Assembly (NCBI GenBank): GCA_965178125.1 | Contig: OZ237752.1 | Span: 62,001 to 126,000, forward strand | Source: Bilabrum cf. latius | Taxonomy: Eukaryota | DNA length: 64,000 bases | Direction of reading: 5' to 3' | Shown here: positions 62,701-64,000 of the stretch, in pieces | Layout of the letters: every line of letters starts with the position of its first letter | Position numbering within the stretch: position 1 is the stretch's first letter | Notes under the pieces: generated by a model | Told to the model about the DNA's origin: nothing | Seen by the model: the letters and a program-made list of their open reading frames with translations, nothing else | The model's database searches: none | Position numbers and translations under genes: made by a program

Positions 62701-64000
62701 GACCTCCAGCGCCAGTGCCTCCAGCGGCGTGTCATCGAAGGAGATCCCGTGCAGACCCCTGCAGCCTCCACCGGAAGGACAGGGAGAGGGACAGGGGCAG
62801 CCCAAGCAGGGCACGCTGGGCCCCGTACCCGCCGCGCCTGCAGATGCCCCGCCCCCTGCGGCATCGGGCAATCTTCATGTGAACGTGCCCGAGATCCGCC
62901 GGAGGTCTGACGGGAGCGTCGGTTCCCTGCAGCCCCTGACTCCCGCCCTCACGATGCTGGACGGCGCCGTGGACGACTCACCCAGGGCCAGACACGCAAG
63001 GAAGCTGTCGGGCATGCTGGGGACCCCCAGCCCGGTGAGGAAGAGCGCGGGGGACAGGGACAGGTCGGGCTCTCGCGACGGGAAGCCCCCTGCGTACATG
63101 CTGCCTCCCACGCTCCGTGACGAGCACAGGTCCAGCTCCGAGGGACAGAAGCAGCAGGGGCAGACCGGCCTGCTGCACCCCGGCACCGGCACCGGCACCG
63201 GCACGGACGCGGACGGTACGACCTCCGTGGAATTGCGTCGGGCGAGCGGGTCCGGGATCAAAGACTCGAGGCTGCGGGAGCCGATCCGCTCCCCCTCGGC
63301 ACCGACCGTGGAGCAGACCACACCCACGGTCGGTGCCGGCGGCCAGGATTCTGACAGTGCATCCGCCTCCTCCTCGACGGGGGAACAAGGGCAAGGGCAA
63401 GGGGTGGCGGAGAATGCCCAGCGGCGCAGCAGCAACGGCAGCGTCAGGCGCAGCGTGGCTGGCTCGCCCATGGGTCCGGCGCGCTCGACGGGGACGGTGA
63501 GCGGAGGAGGAGGAGGAGGAGGAGAGGATGCCCCCCACACCCCGAGGGACGTAGGTAATCGGCAGCGGCTGTCCAGCCAGGGGTCCGCGGGCAGCGGGGG
63601 CAGGCCTCCCTTGCAGCAGCAGCATAATCAGCAATAGGAAGAGCAGGACATCATGGCCATGAAGAGACGGGCCTCGGCTGCCCGGCGGAGGCACCGGCAC
63701 GGGATAATCGGGCGAGGGAACACAACGCCCATGCGGATCCGGCCCCGGGACATCGTGCGGCACATCGAAGCCCTGGAAAAGAAGAACAGACAGGAGGCGG
63801 ACCGCATGAAGCGGCTCGCGGACCACGGGCACCACCATGCAGTGCACCATAAGAAGGGCAGGGGCGCCGGCAGGGCGGCGGCTGGAGAAGGGGGTGGATC
63901 CGCGACGGGCAGTTCTTCGTCGCACTCGTCACACCCGGGGGCCGCCGCCCAGCCCGGCAAGCCGGGGCCCCGCGCGAGCCGCGTGCGCCGGCAGACGATG
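59749..64000 (+). CDS. RhoGEF (DH-PH) protein with second PH-like domain and low-complexity C-terminus; 3'-truncated; apparent frameshift in a poly-G tract at ~60694-60713
   Basis: DH motifs QSEIDYCGSL..L and LLQAPVERLLEYEAQL..VLQGTP[Q]AHPGF; PH-like RFVLLSDCVLLA and FWTPKYAVL...YLYRASSVEMAKEWV. TAGs at 60235, 60565, 62669 and 63635; open to the window end. Confidence 0.75.

Noticed and set aside
3-64000. The genes are pseudogenes, or the TAGs are random sequencing errors
   Set aside because: All 68 interruptions are TAG, with no TGA or TAA and only one frameshift (in a homopolymer). Catalytic motifs and splice sites are intact in every gene where they could be recognised.
3-64000. Programmed stop read-through or pyrrolysine insertion
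   Set aside because: Up to 19 TAGs per gene, including TAG-TAG, with variable 3' context would make leaky read-through unproductive. The DNA is eukaryotic, and TAG swaps with CAG in repeats.

Overview
GC-rich eukaryotic (protist) nuclear DNA with compact intergenic spacers and short GT-AG introns. The gene style suggests a heterotrophic stramenopile such as a Cafeteria-like bicosoecid; that is inference only. The main result is a non-standard genetic code in which TAG is a sense codon, almost certainly Gln. With TAG read through, the fragmented ORF track collapses into 12 genes. They contain 68 in-frame TAGs (manual count) and no internal TAA or TGA, and all 11 whose 3' end is visible stop at TGA. 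TAG alternates with CAG at the same position of near-identical 207-bp repeats, and it falls inside recognisable domains (PH W[Q]RRW, a CCCH finger, a sulfatase N-terminus, a DH domain). No TAA occurs in frame, so UAG and UAA appear decoupled, which is rare in eukaryotes. Genes: a >3500-aa FG-GAP/IPT/multi-TM surface protein, two secreted clan GH-A-like glycosidases, a frataxin-like protein, a small helical hypothetical protein, an arylsulfatase, an ~8200-aa fibrocystin-L/PKHD1L1-like protein with a 24.5-kb exon, a multi-pass membrane protein, a PH-CAMK kinase, a DinB-family protein, a tandem CCCH protein and a RhoGEF. A 1.1-kb G-rich 29/30-bp minisatellite is also present.
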